A stretch of 64,000 nucleotides of DNA from Nannocystales bacterium (lineage in GTDB: Bacteria > Myxococcota_A > Polyangia > Nannocystales > Nannocystaceae). Positions 60,499 through 64,000 of the stretch are shown in pieces. The notes beneath the pieces are model-generated. The model worked only from the letters and a program-made list of their open reading frames with translations, searched no databases and was not told where the DNA came from. The stretch covers positions 416,001-480,000 of the forward strand of contig JBOEGF010000005.1 in assembly GCA_050633305.1 (NCBI GenBank). Reading direction: 5' to 3'. Both the position numbers and the translations under genes were made by a program. The number at the start of each line of letters is the position of its first letter. Positions within the stretch are counted from its first letter, which is position 1.

Positions 60499-61953
60499 GT
60501 GCGACCCGTCGCTTTGCTGTCTGTGTTGTTTAGCCTTGGCTGTTTTACGGAACCCACGAACACGCACGGGGAGGACGAGGGGTCCACGGGTGCTGCGAGC
60601 AGCAGTTCGACCCGGGGCGGTGGGACATCCACTGGAGATGCCAACTCGAGCACCACGGCTGGGTCGAGCGACGGGTCGGTCGGCACAACGGAGACGACGG
60701 TCGCGGACGGGAGCACTGGCGTGGCCGAGCCGATCTGCGGAGACGGGTCTGCGGATCCCGGCGAGGAGTGCGACGATGCGAACGACATCGACGGTGATGG
60801 GTGCAACCGCGACTGCCTGGAGTCGGGTGGTGTCGTCTGGCTACGGACGCTCCCGACGATTCGAGGCGCCGATCGAGACACTCTGAACGCGGTTGTCACG
60901 TTGGACGAAGGCTCCATTGTCGCCGGTGGGAGCAAACTCGTGGGTGCCCCTGGTGCGCTCCAGAGCGAGGCGAACCTGGTTCGGCTCTCACCGGAGGATG
61001 GACGCATTGTGTTTGAGACCGACCTCGTCCTCACCGAGCGGGACGACACGGTGCGCGGCCTGAGCATCGGCAACGAGGGAAACATCTACGCGGTTGGGGA
61101 GCAGGACATGGTCGCCGGTTCTCAGTCCAGTGGCTGGGTGGTCGCCCTCGACGTCACGGGGCTCCCCTTGGAAGACATCGTGACCTCGTCGGTCGGGGCG
61201 CGCAGTGGGTTTCTTGCCGTCGCGAGCGGGCCGGGGCTGGTGAGGGTGGGCGGGTACCAGGGAGATGGTGAGGGGATCAGCACACATGTCCTGAGTTACT
61301 CCCCAATGCTCGCGCTGACCGATACGGACGAAAGTGTCGGAAGCAACCCACCCGAGACGCAATCCACCGTTCATGCCGTCGCGATGGATCAGCACGGCGC
61401 CTACGTCGCAGGGACCCGGCGAGATGGTCCGAGGCTCCGCGGATTCACCACGACATCACCCGCGATGGGAGTCGCCTCGACCCCACCTGATGCCGAGCAC
61501 AACCGGTACATCTGGGGTCTCGCGATCGCCGAACGCGGGAATCCTGAGTCGGTGCTGTGGTCCGCTGGGTGGACCGAGGCCGATGGTGTGCCGTTGCTCG
61601 CCCAGCTGCATCGAGTCAGTCGAGGCGGCAACCCCGAGGAGACCCTGCCCGACTACGACGGCGCCGAGTCCGAAGGGGCGTTTTACAGCGCGATCGTGGT
61701 TGATCCTGCCGGAGACCTCATCGTCGCGGGCGGGAGTCTCATCGGGAACGGTCCCAACCAGTTCCGCCCCCTGGTCCGCAGGCTCGACCCCTCGGGCGCG
61801 GAGCGGTGGACGCGGGTGCTGGACGGGGGGGAGCTGACGCGAGGGGCAATCTCAGGCCTTGCGTTGGACGGGGATGGGATGATCGCAGCGTGCGGCCACG
61901 CGTGGGATGCCGCAGGCGACCGACGGCGGATGGTCGTGAAACTGCGCCCGTAG
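60499..61953 (+). CDS. Lipoprotein with a myxobacterial Cys-rich repeat and a probable beta-propeller
   Basis: Lipobox SLGC; Ser/Thr stalk; CGDG..DPGEECDDAN.IDGDGC; repeated blades such as D..G.I..AG and RLDPSGAERW. Confidence 0.82.
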   Translation: MRPVALLSVLFSLGCFTEPTNTHGEDEGSTGAASSSSTRGGGTSTGDANSSTTAGSSDGSVGTTETTVADGSTGVAEPICGDGSADPGEECDDANDIDGDGCNRDCLESGGVVWLRTLPTIRGADRDTLNAVVTLDEGSIVAGGSKLVGAPGALQSEANLVRLSPEDGRIVFETDLVLTERDDTVRGLSIGNEGNIYAVGEQDMVAGSQSSGWVVALDVTGLPLEDIVTSSVGARSGFLAVASGPGLVRVGGYQGDGEGISTHVLSYSPMLALTDTDESVGSNPPETQSTVHAVAMDQHGAYVAGTRRDGPRLRGFTTTSPAMGVASTPPDAEHNRYIWGLAIAERGNPESVLWSAGWTEADGVPLLAQLHRVSRGGNPEETLPDYDGAESEGAFYSAIVVDPAGDLIVAGGSLIGNGPNQFRPLVRRLDPSGAERWTRVLDGGELTRGAISGLALDGDGMIAACGHAWDAAGDRRRMVVKLRP

Positions 61954-62007
61954 GTCTCCTTCCGACTCGAGCGTCGATCCGGGTCCTGCTTCGATACACT
62001 TTCCACT

Positions 62008-63120
62008 ATGCGAGGGGGTTGGTTGTTGTGTGCGGTTGTTGTGGGCGGGTGCAGCGGAGACGGGGAGGGTGGTGGCACCGATGATGGCTCCTCGGGCTCG
62101 GGCGGCGCAGTGACCTCGCCGGGCACGACGGGGCAGTCCGCGACCAGCGGCGGACCGACGAGCACCGCCGCGATGTCGAGTAGCGGGGAGACAACCGCGA
62201 CCGAACCCACCGGTCCGACCACGTCCCAGCCGACTGGCGATGGCAGCAGCGGCAGCAGTGGCGGTGAATCCGACTTCCCCGATGTCGACCTCACCGATCC
62301 CCAGTTGTACGAGTTCGAACTCGATCCCGTCGAACTCGATCCCACCGTCGAAGACGCGATCGCGTTGCAGTACGCGCATCTCGATACCCGCGCCGAGCCT
62401 CAGGGCAAACTGGTCTTCTTCCTGTCCGGCTTCACCAACACGCCCGCGGCGTGGCGCAACTTCGGCGCTCACCTTGCTGGGTACGGGTTCCACGTGGTCG
62501 AGCCACACTATGCCAACGACTGGAGCTGCGACGGCAGTCCCGACTGCAACAGCAACACCCGGTGGGAGGCGCTCATCGGTGAGGACCACTCGCCGGTGAT
62601 CGACATCAGTCGGGCTGATAGTGCCGAGGGCCGGGTTGTGACGATCCTCGAGCACCTCGACGAGGTCCACCCTGGTGGAGACTGGGCGTTCTATCTCGAC
62701 GGCGCGGGCGGTCTCCGCTACGAGCACGTCATCATCGCCGGGATCTCCCACGGCGCGTCGAGCAGCGGGCTGTATGCGACCCGTCGACCCTTCCACCGGG
62801 CCGTCATGCACTCGGGCGGCTGGGGAAATGTCGACGCGTCGACGATGACTCCGGTCGACGTGATGTTCGGGCTGTCCCATGTCGCCGATGAGCAACACGC
62901 CGGGCACCTCAACGCGTGGGAGTCCGCCGGACTCCCCGGGGCTCCGGTCGTCGCCGACACGATGAAGCCTCCGTACGGGGACTCGCATCGCCTCATCGTG
63001 CAGACCCCCAATGGCTACCCGCACTGTTCGGTCGTCGTCTCGGGGGACTCACCCGTCGTGGATGATGAGTACGTATTCGACCCGGCTTGGCGCACGATGT
63101 ACGGCGCCCCCCAGTTGTAG
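62008..63120 (+). CDS. Lipoprotein alpha/beta-hydrolase (BPSS1187-like)
   Basis: Lipobox VGGC; Ser/Thr stalk; LVFFLSG; nucleophile elbow AGISHG; late PH His. Confidence 0.78.
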   Translation: MRGGWLLCAVVVGGCSGDGEGGGTDDGSSGSGGAVTSPGTTGQSATSGGPTSTAAMSSSGETTATEPTGPTTSQPTGDGSSGSSGGESDFPDVDLTDPQLYEFELDPVELDPTVEDAIALQYAHLDTRAEPQGKLVFFLSGFTNTPAAWRNFGAHLAGYGFHVVEPHYANDWSCDGSPDCNSNTRWEALIGEDHSPVIDISRADSAEGRVVTILEHLDEVHPGGDWAFYLDGAGGLRYEHVIIAGISHGASSSGLYATRRPFHRAVMHSGGWGNVDASTMTPVDVMFGLSHVADEQHAGHLNAWESAGLPGAPVVADTMKPPYGDSHRLIVQTPNGYPHCSVVVSGDSPVVDDEYVFDPAWRTMYGAPQL

Positions 63121-63260
63121 GGCGGCGCCGATGCGGTGGGTCGCGCCCCGCAAGTTCGACGGCGGAATGCGCTCGTTGCCAGGTTCGGCCGCAACGTTTG
63201 CAGGCGATGGGCCTGCGTACGTGACTACCGTCGTGGTGCTGCATTCACGGCCGCACACGC

Positions 63261-63700
63261 ATGAAGAACCTCGTGATCCTCTGGTGCCGGAACCGGCGGC
63301 ACTCTCATGGCGAACAAGCTTCGGGCGCGGGTCCCAGACTCGTGGCGTATCACGGTCGTCGACCGCGACAACGAGCATGTCTACCAGCCGGGGCTGCTGT
63401 TCCTCCCCTTCGGGCTCTATCGCCCGGCGGACCTCGTGCGACCCCGAGATGCGTTCCTTCCCAGCGGTGTGGACTTCCGCATCGCGGAGGTTGAAGCCGT
63501 CGACGCGGCGGCCAAGCGAGTCCTGTTCCGTGACGGCACTCGGCTGGCCTACGACGTGCTCGTGGTGGCGAGCGGAGCCAAGACCGCGCCTGAAGAGACC
63601 GAGGGGATGTGTGGCTGCGGATGGAACGAGCGCGTCTTTGACTTCTACACGCTTGAAGGCGCGACGGCGTTGGGTCGCGCCCCGGAGCGGTTGAAGGGAG
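63261..63700 (+). pseudogene. Sulfide:quinone oxidoreductase-like fragment (frameshifted and truncated)
   Basis: Removing one T near 63282 restores MKNLVILGAGTGGTLMANKL; then HVYQPGLLFLPFG, YDVLVVASGA, FYTLEGA. Similarity ends near 63700, after about 146 codons. Confidence 0.8.
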
Positions 63701-63805
63701 ATGTTCGGGTTCGCCAAGGACGACCTCGTGCCCCAGATCCGCAGCGTGCTCACCGTCGGAGAGTTCTACGATGTCTCAGCCGGCGGCCAGGTGATCTTCA
63801 CGTAG
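63701..63805 (+). pseudogene. 3' remnant of a DsrE/DsrF-like sulfur-relay gene
   Basis: MFGFAKDDLVPQIRSVLTVGEFYDVSAGGQVIFT* resembles the C-terminus of DsrE2-like proteins found in sqr operons. Confidence 0.6.
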
Positions 63806-63915
63806 CCGGGGCGCGGGCCAGAAACGTTCAGCGCCGGTTCGCGTGGAGCGGTGCGCGTGTCTCGGGTCGCTGTGGCCCGTGAAAAAGCGGCTCGCGCATG
63901 CCACAATCCTCGACC

Positions 63916-64000
63916 GTGAGTGGCCCGAGCAACCCCGTAGGACTCCAGGCGCTCGAGACGGCGCTCGAGCGAGACTTCGACCTGTTGCAGTATCCCAAGG
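63916..64000 (+). CDS. Start of a probable FAD/NAD(P)-dependent monooxygenase (runs off the window)
   Basis: GTG start; GLQALETALERDFDLLQYP resembles the N-terminus of HpyO-like flavoproteins. Only 28 codons are visible. Confidence 0.5.
   Translation, partial: MSGPSNPVGLQALETALERDFDLLQYPK

Overview
GC-rich bacterial DNA with about 50 protein-coding genes and no rRNA, tRNA, CRISPR array or transposase that I can recognise. Ser/Thr kinases, a PEGA protein, many Ser/Thr-rich Cys-rich lipoproteins and a myxobacterial Cys-rich repeat suggest a myxobacterium, probably Nannocystaceae-like (inference). Housekeeping and metabolic genes include maeB, an M3 oligoendopeptidase, an ACE-like M2 peptidase, pyrB, gltB, amtB plus a P-II gene, yaaA, a 1-Cys peroxiredoxin and a triple FKBP. 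The most interesting regions are: (1) a five-gene cassette at 18953-24103 resembling an orphan secretion-system effector module, built around a 770-aa flavoprotein-like protein with a helix-hairpin-helix segment; (2) a tightly coupled operon of a secreted SNase nuclease, a 10-repeat Cys/Asp-rich lipoprotein and a beta-barrel porin carrying the same repeats (34540-38511); (3) a two-gene Rieske-fusion operon including a DUF5996-like/Rieske/TPP triple fusion; (4) a signalling trio with a degenerate globin-like sensor and an apparently ATPase-dead sigma54-type activator; (5) inverted REP-like repeats around Cys-rich and MORN lipoprotein genes; (6) a perfect GTA-N8-TAC palindrome between gltB and amtB, next to a non-canonical P-II; (7) a broken sqr gene joined to a dsrE-like 3' end. 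All family calls come from motif recognition by eye, no database searches were run, and many start codons are best guesses.
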